DNA from: an uncultured virus (IMG/VR IMGVR_UViG_3300015245_000039)
Taxonomy: Duplodnaviria; Heunggongvirae; Uroviricota; Caudoviricetes
Reading direction: 5' to 3' (one strand)
IMG/VR virus record: IMGVR_UViG_3300015245_000039
Length of the DNA stretch: 64,000 nt
A program made the position numbers and the translations under genes. This document shows positions 51,463 through 60,392 of this stretch, one piece after another (positions within the stretch are counted from its first letter, which is position 1; every line of letters starts with the position of its first letter). The notes under the pieces are model-generated. The model made no database searches and was not told the origin of the DNA. It worked only from the letters and a program-made list of their open reading frames with translations.

Positions 51463-53034
51463 CTAGCTCACCGCCTCCGTGTAGACGCGACGACCGCCAC
51501 GAGCGGCTTCCGCCGCCAGCCGAGTCTTCCGCGCCGCGACCTCGGGGAACCACTCCTGCGGGTACGCCTCGCCTGTGGCGAAGTCGGTGCCGTCCCCGTT
51601 GCCACCGTGCCCGTTCTGCTGCCCGACTGGCACCAGGCCAGGGGCGAGTCCGCCCTTGTCGGGTTCGGCGGTCAGCAGGACCAGCGTGCCTTCGCGGTCG
51701 TTCTCGAGCATGGTCTTCCAGTGCGCGAGACGAGCCGGAGGGAACCTGCCCTCTCCGAGCGCCTTCGTGAGGACTGACGTGTCCTCCGCCGCGAGCTGTG
51801 TGGTGCGAGCTTCGCGACCCATCTTGGCGTCGTTCTGCATCTGCTTCCACTGCTCGGCGTCGACCTGCACCGTCCCGGACATCAGAGCTTCGGCGGCTGT
51901 TGAGCCTCCGCCGGTCCCGGGAGTCGTGACTGCGGGCTGTCCCTCGTCCGGGGTTGCCGCCACCTGGGTGGAACCACCCTTGGCACCGTCGCCCGTTCCC
52001 GGGTTCTCGGCTGCGGTGGACGTTGTGGCCGCGAGCGCGTCCTCAGCGAGCTTCGCGTTCACTTCCTCCTCGGTCGCGGTCTCCGGCAGGCCCAGCTTCT
52101 CGGCGAGCTCCTTGCGCTGCTCGTCGGTCATGCCGCCTCCTTCCGTTCCGTGGTTGCTGAGCTTGACCTCGCGTCCTGCCTCGGTCGCGCTCTTGTAGTG
52201 GGCCAGGACTTCGCGGCCCGAGTGCGAGAAGCCGGCAACGAATGCGTGAGCAGCCGCGACCTTCTCCTGTTTCTCGACGTACTCGATCTGGACCGGCTTG
52301 GGGTCCGAGAACTCGATCGAACTGTCACTGATCGAGAAATCGACGATGTAGAGGTTGCCCTCCCACTCGTCTTCGACGACAAGCTGGGTCGGATCAAGGA
52401 GGACTGCCTTCACCCACCAGGCGAAGTTCCCCTGCTCGTCCAACTTGTCGTAGTACGCACGACGGACGTCCTCGACGTTCACCGTCGCCTTGGTAACGCC
52501 CTCTGAGCGTCCCAAATGTCCTCCCTTCGCCATCGTAGCGACGGCAACGTCGAACTTGAGCTCCACCGTCTCTGGCTGGCTCTTCCCGTAATACAGTGGG
52601 AGATCGTCCAGAGTGGTGATGCCCGGCCATTCTACCCCGAGCAGCTGGACGGCACCGATGCATGCCTTGTGGTATCCACCTGTCGCGGTCTTGACTTCGT
52701 GGTACAACTCGACTGAGCGACCAGGCCACGCGGCTGGAAGAATGTCGGCAAGCCACGATGGCACGCCTTCGTAGTCGCAGTAGAGTGTCTGGTCCTCCTC
52801 GTTGAAGCGAACGTTCGTCGCACGCCCGAAACACGGCTCCGTGATCGCAGTGCCGTGAGTATCCTCGATCAGCGTCAGCTTGAGCTTCGCTGATGGTACT
52901 CCCGGGTCATCGTGCGCGGACGCGACCGAGAGCAGATCCTCCCGGGTGACAGTGACTGAGCCGGTCATCGCCGGCCAGTCCATGCCTACTTCGATCAGCG
53001 GTACATTCGGGATTGTGACGAGCGCTGGCTTCAT
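51463..53034 (-). CDS. Prohead protease/scaffold (Mu gpI-like)
   Basis: RSVE..LLG..PGI..L.DL protease region; LGLPETATEEEV and AL.EGRFPPA...W scaffold region. Confidence 0.8.
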   Translation of the reverse strand: MKPALVTIPNVPLIEVGMDWPAMTGSVTVTREDLLSVASAHDDPGVPSAKLKLTLIEDTHGTAITEPCFGRATNVRFNEEDQTLYCDYEGVPSWLADILPAAWPGRSVELYHEVKTATGGYHKACIGAVQLLGVEWPGITTLDDLPLYYGKSQPETVELKFDVAVATMAKGGHLGRSEGVTKATVNVEDVRRAYYDKLDEQGNFAWWVKAVLLDPTQLVVEDEWEGNLYIVDFSISDSSIEFSDPKPVQIEYVEKQEKVAAAHAFVAGFSHSGREVLAHYKSATEAGREVKLSNHGTEGGGMTDEQRKELAEKLGLPETATEEEVNAKLAEDALAATTSTAAENPGTGDGAKGGSTQVAATPDEGQPAVTTPGTGGGSTAAEALMSGTVQVDAEQWKQMQNDAKMGREARTTQLAAEDTSVLTKALGEGRFPPARLAHWKTMLENDREGTLVLLTAEPDKGGLAPGLVPVGQQNGHGGNGDGTDFATGEAYPQEWFPEVAARKTRLAAEAARGGRRVYTEAVS

Positions 53035-53214
53035 CTAGCTCGTGAGCCCCTTCTGTCCACCCACGACCTTCCCGCCCTTCGTGTTCGGGTTCTGTGTGTA
53101 CCCCGGCGACTCTGGGAAGTTCGGAATGATCTGAGGCGGATGGGAGGGGTCGGTCGGGAAGATCGTCTGGTTGACGCCTCCCGGACTTACGTTGGTGCCG
53201 CCTACCTTTGCCAT
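53035..53214 (-). CDS. Small Pro/Gly-rich protein (59 aa)
   Basis: ATG with RBS GGAAGGGAG; stop abuts the protease ATG. Confidence 0.6.
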   Translation of the reverse strand: MAKVGGTNVSPGGVNQTIFPTDPSHPPQIIPNFPESPGYTQNPNTKGGKVVGGQKGLTS

Positions 53215-53270
53215 CTGGCTCCCTTCCTGGCCTGCTGGCGCAGTACCATAGCTGGTTTACCGGCTAGACG

Positions 53271-54830
53271 CTATTTCCGCTTGAACAGGCGGCGCAGCGC
53301 TGCGGTGATGACATTGATCTCTTCGTCATCGGAATCAGGCGAGGACGCGGGGGAGGGAGCATCGCCTTCCCGCGCCCCGCCTGACCCGATTCCCGACGAG
53401 GCAGCTGTAGCTGTGGACGAGCTTTTGCCGCCCGTCGGATCTTGATTCGGCGGTGGATTGTTCTTGGCGTCGATCGAAGCCTGTTGGGCGTCGAGCGCCA
53501 ACTGATCTTCTGGACGAGGGGCTCCCTTCTTCGGGAGGTTGTACCGCTTACGCAGCGTCTCCTCGAGCTCGAGGTCAACGATTAGAGCCTTTGACGTGAT
53601 CAGCATGTTCAGATCAGCGACAGAGAGACTCTCGTCGGCATCCTTCTGGTAGGTGAGCAGTGGAACCGTGTCGATGTCGTCGTTGTAGTTCCAGTCCCAG
53701 TAGTCCTCGATGAAGTACGCCTGGAAGGTGTCACGGAACCACATCGCGATAGCTTCCTGCCCGAGGCTGAACAACTCGGTGAAGACGTTGCCCAGGCTGT
53801 ACGATCCGAGGCTGGTGCCGCCCTGCGCGAGCATTGCGACCATCATCAGGACCCTGCGCGCCATCGACTCGTCGTGGTAGCGAATCGAGTCGACAGGGCC
53901 GTGAGAGCGCGCATTCGGCTGCACCATCGCCCACTTCGTCCCCGGCGGCAGGGCAGCCCCTTCGGATTCGCCGACATGGAAGTTCTGGGCTACTTCGGCC
54001 AGAGCCTCGATATCCTGCTGCGTAGCGTCGTCTGCAGCGATCGGCATCGGGATTCCGCCGGCACGCTCGTGGTTGATGGCGTCGATGCGCATCAGGCGGT
54101 CCTTGATCAGCCAGTTCTTGTAGACGTCCCTGAACAGGCTTCTCCCGACCCAGTTCGCGCCCTCACCCTCCCAGATGTAGACTGTCAGGTTGTCGACCGG
54201 GATCGGCTTCGCATTGCGGTCGAACTGCTTAACAGCGATTAGTCCGCCGTCCGCCGCGACGTTGATCTCCTGGAGTGTAAGCGGCATGCGCTCATCCAGC
54301 TTCTTGACCGTCCAGAGCAGGTCGTTGTCGATGAAACCGACGTCCTCGAAGTACATGTGGCCGTAGATCAACGCCAGAAGAGCCTTGCGCATATGATCCT
54401 CGAAGCTGAAGCGATCACGCAACCTGCCCCGAGGTAGAGGCTCCTCGCCGACGATATCCAGGTTGAGATTGTTCGCCAGGCGCAGAATGCGGGCAGGATC
54501 GCAGCCGTTCGGGTCGATCATCCACTTGTAGCGGCGAATCGGCATGGTGATGCCGAAGTACAGGCTCGCGATCTGTGAATCGGTTCTCATCCGGTCGTAC
54601 AGCCGGATTGAGTTCGGCCAGATCAGCTCCGGGACGTACTCGTTGAGGTCGTAGAACTGATGCCAGCCTGGAACCCCGAATCCTGAGACGGTGCCGAAGC
54701 CCATCGGCGGACCAGAGGTTCCGAGCTGAACAGTCGGCGGAGCCCCTCCGATATCGGTGCGCTTGCGCGGTCGAACGAAGTTGACTCTGTTGTTCTCCCC
54801 GCTCAGGTCGGTGATGCCTTCTGCACTCAT
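53271..54830 (-). CDS. Portal protein (Mu gp29/DUF935-like)
   Basis: YDRMRTD.QI, AL.YGH..FE, G.SLFR..YK.W..K, ER.GG.P, I.YHD..M, GSY.LG. Confidence 0.88.
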   Translation of the reverse strand: MSAEGITDLSGENNRVNFVRPRKRTDIGGAPPTVQLGTSGPPMGFGTVSGFGVPGWHQFYDLNEYVPELIWPNSIRLYDRMRTDSQIASLYFGITMPIRRYKWMIDPNGCDPARILRLANNLNLDIVGEEPLPRGRLRDRFSFEDHMRKALLALIYGHMYFEDVGFIDNDLLWTVKKLDERMPLTLQEINVAADGGLIAVKQFDRNAKPIPVDNLTVYIWEGEGANWVGRSLFRDVYKNWLIKDRLMRIDAINHERAGGIPMPIAADDATQQDIEALAEVAQNFHVGESEGAALPPGTKWAMVQPNARSHGPVDSIRYHDESMARRVLMMVAMLAQGGTSLGSYSLGNVFTELFSLGQEAIAMWFRDTFQAYFIEDYWDWNYNDDIDTVPLLTYQKDADESLSVADLNMLITSKALIVDLELEETLRKRYNLPKKGAPRPEDQLALDAQQASIDAKNNPPPNQDPTGGKSSSTATAASSGIGSGGAREGDAPSPASSPDSDDEEINVITAALRRLFKRK

Positions 54831-55588
54831 GAGGCCACATCCGATAGGTCGGAGTTGAGCTGGCCCATCGCGAAGCCCTGCGGGGACTTGTTCTTGGTCA
54901 GCCAGGACTGCGAGATCAGGGCGTACCCTTCGTCGCAGTAACGGTGGAAGAAGGACCAGGTCATCTTCGTCCTGATCCCCCAGGTGATGCACTCGAGGTA
55001 GGAGGGGTCGTAAGCTACGACCTCGACGCAGTGTCCGCCCCAGGTTCCGGGGTTGCCGTCGGGCGTGTTGACGATATCCCAGAGCTTCTGGGTCTGAGCC
55101 GACTTGGGCAGCGCCAGCCCGATGTAAGCGCACCCGAACAGGTAGATGGCGTTCCTGACGTCGTCCATGTCCGTCAGGTTGATCTCCGCGAAGGCGTGGA
55201 GCTTGTGGCGAAAGATGCCCTTGTTGTGGACGTAGTTCAGGACGTCGAGCAGGTAGCGCCCGTTGTCCTCTGTGCCGGTGGCCCAGTACAGAGCCTCGAC
55301 CGCCCGGTTAGTCGGGGTGAACTTCTTACCGTGACCGATCGCCTCCCAGGTCTGCTCCGCGTGCCCGAGCGCGGCACATGAGCAGTCCCCGAGACGATCG
55401 TTCGCCATCATCCCCCAAGTGGTCCGTCCCAGAACCCGCTCGGTGGCTGTGGCGTAATCGACGCTGATCGGCGGCGGCTCGAGCTTGGTGGTGTAGCGAG
55501 CAAGTCTGAGTGTGCGTTCGTCATCTTTCTTCTCCAGTTTCCCGAGTTTGACGTGGCCACCAACGATGTCGACGTGAGTGGCCTCCAT
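54827..55588 (-). CDS. Papain-like cysteine peptidase
   Basis: ND.LGDC..AA (Cys), GGHCV (His), ITWG. Confidence 0.7.
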   Translation of the reverse strand: MEATHVDIVGGHVKLGKLEKKDDERTLRLARYTTKLEPPPISVDYATATERVLGRTTWGMMANDRLGDCSCAALGHAEQTWEAIGHGKKFTPTNRAVEALYWATGTEDNGRYLLDVLNYVHNKGIFRHKLHAFAEINLTDMDDVRNAIYLFGCAYIGLALPKSAQTQKLWDIVNTPDGNPGTWGGHCVEVVAYDPSYLECITWGIRTKMTWSFFHRYCDEGYALISQSWLTKNKSPQGFAMGQLNSDLSDVAS

Positions 55589-55722
55589 TACCAGTACCTG
55601 GTTTGACGCGATGTGACGAACAGCAGCGCCAGCCCAGTGAAGATCAGAGCCAGGGCGATGATGAAGTGTCCGAGCAACATGAAGATGACGCCCAGGACGA
55701 CGAGAAGACTGCCTGCTCCCAT
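55588..55722 (-). CDS. Small hydrophobic membrane protein (44 aa)
   Basis: MGAGSLLVVLGVIFMLLGHFIIALALIFTGLALLF; RBS AGGAGG. Confidence 0.55.
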   Translation of the reverse strand: MGAGSLLVVLGVIFMLLGHFIIALALIFTGLALLFVTSRQTRYW

Positions 55723-55723
55723 G

Positions 55724-55981
55724 CTAGACCTCCTTCTTGACCTTGAGGACACCCGGCAGCACTGCTCCCAGCTTGTGGCGATTGACCTTCTGTGCCCAGA
55801 GCACCTTTATAGTCGCTGCGGCCGCTGCCCCGAGCGAGGCGTAGACCTGGTGCCAAAGGTCCAGGTTGAACCCCTGCGCCAGCCAGTCGAGTAGGCCGAG
55901 CGAGATCTCGACCTCGATGAACGTGGAAGCGACACGCTCGACGAAGTCCTTGACCTTGTCGACCTGGACGATTTGTGTCAT
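55724..55981 (-). CDS. Holin (r1t-like)
   Basis: KDFVERVASTF followed by two hydrophobic segments; directly after the amidase. Confidence 0.7.
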   Translation of the reverse strand: MTQIVQVDKVKDFVERVASTFIEVEISLGLLDWLAQGFNLDLWHQVYASLGAAAAATIKVLWAQKVNRHKLGAVLPGVLKVKKEV

Positions 55982-56559
55982 CAGACTCCCTTCAGGAACT
56001 TTGTCGCCATCCGGCCTACTGTCGGGATCGTTCCGAGCAGGTTGCCTGGACAAGCGGTGTTGTAGAACTGCTGGTGTGGGTGAATCGGCAGGATGATCTT
56101 GCGATGCCAGCACCAGGAGACCCAGGCTATCGCTCGTGCACTCGCTTCGAGCTGAGCCTCAGTTGCATGCTCTCCGGGCAGGTGCTCATGCTCGATGCCG
56201 ACGGCACGGTTGTGCTCGGGGCAGTGAGCGCTCTCGACCATGTGCCCGTGCTGGATCGCAGTGACGGTGTACCAGCGCCCCTGGAGGATGTGTCCGGCCC
56301 TCGTGATCAGCAGGTTGTGCCCCGAATCGTTCCAGCCCCTGCCACCCTGCGAGACAGGCCGCATGTGGAAGTCCTGGATGTCGAGTACGAAGCGAATCGC
56401 CTCCTCGAGCGACTCATCCTTGGGATTGCTGATCTCACGATGATGACTGTCCGTGTGATGGAAGATGATCTCCAGCTGGGGGACAACGAGCACCGGCGGT
56501 GACTTCGGCGGCTTCGCGTGCCACTGGGGACAGGTGATGATCTTGATCGGAAATGACAC
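55981..56559 (-). CDS. Endolysin, N-acetylmuramoyl-L-alanine amidase (Amidase_2/PGRP-like)
   Basis: IFHHT, IQ.FHM..RGW.D.G, AHC..N..GIE, H...NTACPG. Confidence 0.9.
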   Translation of the reverse strand: MSFPIKIITCPQWHAKPPKSPPVLVVPQLEIIFHHTDSHHREISNPKDESLEEAIRFVLDIQDFHMRPVSQGGRGWNDSGHNLLITRAGHILQGRWYTVTAIQHGHMVESAHCPEHNRAVGIEHEHLPGEHATEAQLEASARAIAWVSWCWHRKIILPIHPHQQFYNTACPGNLLGTIPTVGRMATKFLKGV

Positions 56560-56571
56560 TGTGCTCCCTCC

Positions 56572-58164
56572 CTACATGTTCTTCAGGAGAAGGTCTCCTG
56601 TGATCGAACGACTCTCGCCGGGCCTGCGTCGGCGCTGGGCAGCGTGCGTCTCGGCGTCTCGCGTGGAGCCCCGCTTGACGAGACTCAGTACGGCGGCGTC
56701 GGCTCTGTCCGGTGATGGGAGTCCGCGCTTGCGCATATCCTCCTTCCCCTCGATGACAATCTGACCTATGTCATTCTCCCACCACTTAATCGACATCAGC
56801 TGGTTGTGCAGCAGCTCGTCCTCTGGATCGAGATCAATGATGCACTCGTCCAGCAGCGCTCTGAATGTCCAGTAGATCTCGGCGCGGCGATTACGGTACC
56901 TCTTGGGATTGCGAGCCTTTTCGGAACCGTAGATGGCCCTTACGTTGTACCCCTTCCGACGCAGGTTGTCAAATGGACCGCTGCCCACGCCGATGGCGTC
57001 GATGTTGACCGGGATGAGCTGGGCGTTCACTCCATGTCTCGCGAGCTCATCCTCAATCTTGTCAGTAGACTCTGCGGTGTCCATCTTGGCCCACCACTTA
57101 TGTAGTCTGATCTGGAAGCCCCGGTTCCGGTACATCATGCTCTTGTCCTCACCGTACCGGGCAATATCGACTCCGTACTGGCCCATCTCGAGGCCAGACT
57201 GAACTGTCATCTTCCCCTTGTCGATCATTCTAGGGGAGATCAGCGTATCGTCGGTGACCTCAGGGAACTCAGCCTCGATCTTGCCCTGCCAGTTGGGAGA
57301 GCCAACTCCCCAGTCGAGCGCGCGCGCGTGCACCCAGTTAGGGCTCAGCAGCTCGGCGGCCAGATCCTCGGGGATCTCCTCCTCGGGAATAGGTCTTACT
57401 CTCTCGAAGCTACGGCAGATCTCTGCGGTCATAGTCGGGACGCACCAGGCCGGGATCTCGATGACGTTCCATCCGCTGTTCGGCTTACAGACCTCGGCGA
57501 AGTACGACTCCGGGTTCTCCGGGTTCCCGATAGCGAGTACTCTGCTGTCGTCATTCGTCGTGATCGCTAGGATGGAGTCCCACAGAGTGCGCTCCACGCC
57601 GTTGGCCTCGTCAATCACTCCGAGCACGTACCTTGCATGGATGCCCTGCAGGGAGTCCTCGTCGTAGTCGGCTGGCTTGCGGCCCATGGCGATTAGTTCT
57701 TCAGTCGGGTCGCCGATCTTGTACTTAGCGCCTCGCGCTGCCATGTGCCACTGACAATCCCCGGTGATACGTCCGGGCAGCTTCCCCTTCGCGTGCACCC
57801 GCTTCAGGTAGCGCCAGAGGATGGCTTCAATCTGAGGCCAGCTGGGCGCGGTCGATAGGGCAAATGCGGAACCTAGTGCGTGCACCCTTGGGTCCAGCCA
57901 CCAGCCCATGATACGACTGGTTATGAAGCTCTTGCCGGCGGAGTGACAGCTCTTGACAGCCGTCTGCTTGTGATCCCGGACCGAGTGCATGATCTCGATC
58001 TGCTTCGACCACAGGAAGTCGTCCAGAATGTCCTTCGCCCAGAGCTCCGGCCGGTCACGCCACTTGCTTGATCTGGGGTACATGCGGTCGACTGCATGCT
58101 GCCCAGCTCCGCGTGGGAAGAAGACAGGCTTCGCCGGTTGCTGCGGGCGGGTCTTCTGGTTCAT
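56572..58164 (-). CDS. Terminase large subunit
   Basis: KSCHSAGKS, IDEA, IGNP, GVDIARYG.D, IDAIGVG, N.RAE, SPDRADA. Confidence 0.95.
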   Translation of the reverse strand: MNQKTRPQQPAKPVFFPRGAGQHAVDRMYPRSSKWRDRPELWAKDILDDFLWSKQIEIMHSVRDHKQTAVKSCHSAGKSFITSRIMGWWLDPRVHALGSAFALSTAPSWPQIEAILWRYLKRVHAKGKLPGRITGDCQWHMAARGAKYKIGDPTEELIAMGRKPADYDEDSLQGIHARYVLGVIDEANGVERTLWDSILAITTNDDSRVLAIGNPENPESYFAEVCKPNSGWNVIEIPAWCVPTMTAEICRSFERVRPIPEEEIPEDLAAELLSPNWVHARALDWGVGSPNWQGKIEAEFPEVTDDTLISPRMIDKGKMTVQSGLEMGQYGVDIARYGEDKSMMYRNRGFQIRLHKWWAKMDTAESTDKIEDELARHGVNAQLIPVNIDAIGVGSGPFDNLRRKGYNVRAIYGSEKARNPKRYRNRRAEIYWTFRALLDECIIDLDPEDELLHNQLMSIKWWENDIGQIVIEGKEDMRKRGLPSPDRADAAVLSLVKRGSTRDAETHAAQRRRRPGESRSITGDLLLKNM

Positions 58165-58499
58165 GCCTTCTTGTACCCCTGCAGCAGATCCTTCAGCGGA
58201 ACCCCGTCGACCCAAACGTCGGCGACGTAGCGGATGAAAGACGTAACGTCTTGGTTACGTCTCGTTTTGAACGTCTGGATCAGGACCTCCCTGGCATTCT
58301 TGAGCAGCGTCTCTGCGATGTCTCGGGCGGCGGGTCCCTCGGGCTGAGAGAGCTCCCAGGTGTCCAAGCCTTGTAGCCGGATCCACGCTTCCCTGGCGTC
58401 GCCCATGCCCTGGTCGATGAGCAGCCGATAGGTGTCACCGTCGTGGACTTCTTTCACTTCCAGGACCCTTCTCGCGTAGTTGATGACCGGCGGCGTCAT
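58161..58499 (-). CDS. Thermonuclease (SNase-like)
   Basis: VHDGDT, IRL.G.DT.EL, RYVADV. Confidence 0.8.
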   Translation of the reverse strand: MTPPVINYARRVLEVKEVHDGDTYRLLIDQGMGDAREAWIRLQGLDTWELSQPEGPAARDIAETLLKNAREVLIQTFKTRRNQDVTSFIRYVADVWVDGVPLKDLLQGYKKA

Positions 58500-58801
58500 C
58501 GCGGGTTGCTCGGTGTGATCGGGCCGACGGGGGACTGATCGTCCGGGTTGTGGGTCACGCGGTCTCGGTAAGAGCGCGTACCGGCGGGGAAGACAGCTAC
58601 CGGGGAATCGCGCCAGTTCAGTCGCTGACCCTCTGGGCCGAAGTCGGTCGCTCCGCAAGCAAGGCAGAAGCGTGCCTCGGGGTGCGGATCGCCCGTGCCC
58701 TGGTTCAACTGTTTCTGAATCGGCGTCCACTCGTGCTCGCCGTTCGTCTGGTCTACCGGGCAGGGCTCTGTGGGCTGCCCCTCCTGGAACTGTACGGTCA
58801 T
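58496..58801 (-). CDS. Small Cys/His hypothetical protein
   Basis: CP...HEW...CLACG. Confidence 0.5.
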   Translation of the reverse strand: MTVQFQEGQPTEPCPVDQTNGEHEWTPIQKQLNQGTGDPHPEARFCLACGATDFGPEGQRLNWRDSPVAVFPAGTRSYRDRVTHNPDDQSPVGPITPSNPR

Positions 58802-58871
58802 TGGCCGAACCCCCTGAAGATGCGTGCGAGGATAGGGTTGAGGATTCTCTGTAAAGTTCTACGCCACCAAC

Positions 58872-59108
58872 TCACGACTCCTCCTCTACCGGAGTTTCAG
58901 CTGCCCATGCCCCGCCAGCGGCGATCCATAACGCCAGCCAGCTGAGCAGGTTGACCCACCAGACGTGGTTGCGAAACAGGTAGGTGGCAGCGGCTCCTGG
59001 CCCGAATGCAGTGATCATGACCCAGAACCAGACCTTTCGTCTTACTTTGGCGGAGATTCCGCCGTCTGGAAGGTTCTTTATTGTGTTTACGAGGCTAGTT
59101 CGCGCCAT
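58872..59108 (-). CDS. Small two-TM membrane protein
   Basis: Two Trp-rich hydrophobic segments. Confidence 0.55.
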   Translation of the reverse strand: MARTSLVNTIKNLPDGGISAKVRRKVWFWVMITAFGPGAAATYLFRNHVWWVNLLSWLALWIAAGGAWAAETPVEEES

Positions 59109-59887
59109 TCCGCCTCGATTGCTTCCTCATTGGGCATTCCGAGCGTATCGAGAGCGAGTAGATGCTTTGGAACGATTTGTGCGGCCTGATCTCGTATCTG
59201 ATTCCGGAGATGCTGGTAGTGATGGTTCTTGTCGAACAGCGGGTTGTTGTAGATGAGATCGTTCATGATCCCCATGATCAGCGTGTACAGCATCTCGCCG
59301 TACATCTCAGCAACCCGTACTGCCCGATCGGCGATGCCTACATCGAGCGCCATCTTGCTGAACTTGGCCAGACGTTCCTGTGCTGCGTTGTACTCCTTGC
59401 CGGCCACGTCGAGCTGGCGTCCTAGTAGCTCGTTCGACTTGTCAATGAGAGCCTCGGCTGCATTCTTACCCTGTTCTCGGGCCTTGGCTTGCATATCCTG
59501 GATCTCTTGGCTCCAGAACAGCACGTCTCCAGCGGCCAGGCGAATCAGCCACATCAGGGCGTTGATCGGATCGATCTCGAACTCACGGCCCAGCGTTCTC
59601 TGGAGCTCGGTGGACCATGACTTCTTGAGATGACTGGGGACTGACCCGCCGTGGAGCTTGCAGGCACCCATTCCTGGATGAGGAGTTCCCCAGCCAGCGG
59701 CAAGATTACATTTTCCGCCTGACTTTTTCTTCGCGCCGCAGGTGGTGCCTCCACCCATCTTGAACTCACGAGCTTGTTTGCGGACGGTCTTACCTCCGGG
59801 GAGTGTGACGGTAGATCTTACTCTGCGGGTTGGATGTGGAATCTCACTATCTCCTGGATTTTGCTGGAGGATGGACGGGTGTCGCAC
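59087..59887 (-). CDS. Terminase small subunit (putative)
   Basis: CGAK..G..C...AGWGT.H.G.G.CKLHGG; first gene of the late arm. Confidence 0.7.
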   Translation of the reverse strand: MRHPSILQQNPGDSEIPHPTRRVRSTVTLPGGKTVRKQAREFKMGGGTTCGAKKKSGGKCNLAAGWGTPHPGMGACKLHGGSVPSHLKKSWSTELQRTLGREFEIDPINALMWLIRLAAGDVLFWSQEIQDMQAKAREQGKNAAEALIDKSNELLGRQLDVAGKEYNAAQERLAKFSKMALDVGIADRAVRVAEMYGEMLYTLIMGIMNDLIYNNPLFDKNHHYQHLRNQIRDQAAQIVPKHLLALDTLGMPNEEAIEAEWRELAS

Positions 59888-59889
59888 CG

Positions 59890-60390
59890 GGGAGTCCCTT
59901 GTCTTCCCGATTTTCGGGCCTACCCCTATCGATTGGAATCTATACTGGTTGGAATCGATATTTCCCCTTTGGCGCGTAGCGTAGCGGACAGATCCCTGGG
60001 TGCGGTACTACAACGGGGTTTCCACTCGCGTTTCCCCTGCTAATAGGCCCTTTTTACCCAACCCTACTTAGAACCTATACGGGTACTACTTTCGGCCGTA
60101 TTCTATCTAGGCTACGCGCTACCCCGGTTTTATCGACCGCGAACCGTACGGTTTCGAATCGATACTAGTACCCCTTTCAAGCCGCTACGTTTACTACGGA
60201 GAATACGCGCCAGGGGTAGTAGAGTCCCTGGTGCGGGGCGAGGGAAGCCCCGAACTTAGACCGAAGGGAGTCCGTACTACTTACGATCGATACATCCGCA
60301 GTACCACTCACAACCTATATTCAGGCGATCTACTGACCCCTGCGAGGAGGCCCGGTAACAGGCCGGGACCCCACCTCGAAAGGAGCAGTA
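59890..60390. promoter_or_regulatory. Divergent control region between late (-) and early (+) arms
   Basis: About 500 bp without a credible ORF, lower GC, several hairpins. Confidence 0.6.
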
Positions 60391-60392
60391 AG

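Noticed and set aside
31830..59633. Many long + strand ORFs opposite the structural genes
   Set aside because: Antisense shadows expected from high GC3 codon bias; no RBS or motifs.
60066..60290. Further copies of the 22-nt-spacer promoter (TTAGAA at 60068, TTAGAC at 60256)
   Set aside because: The nearest -10-like hexamers are 25 and 20 nt away and the AAG prefix is missing, so they were not counted.
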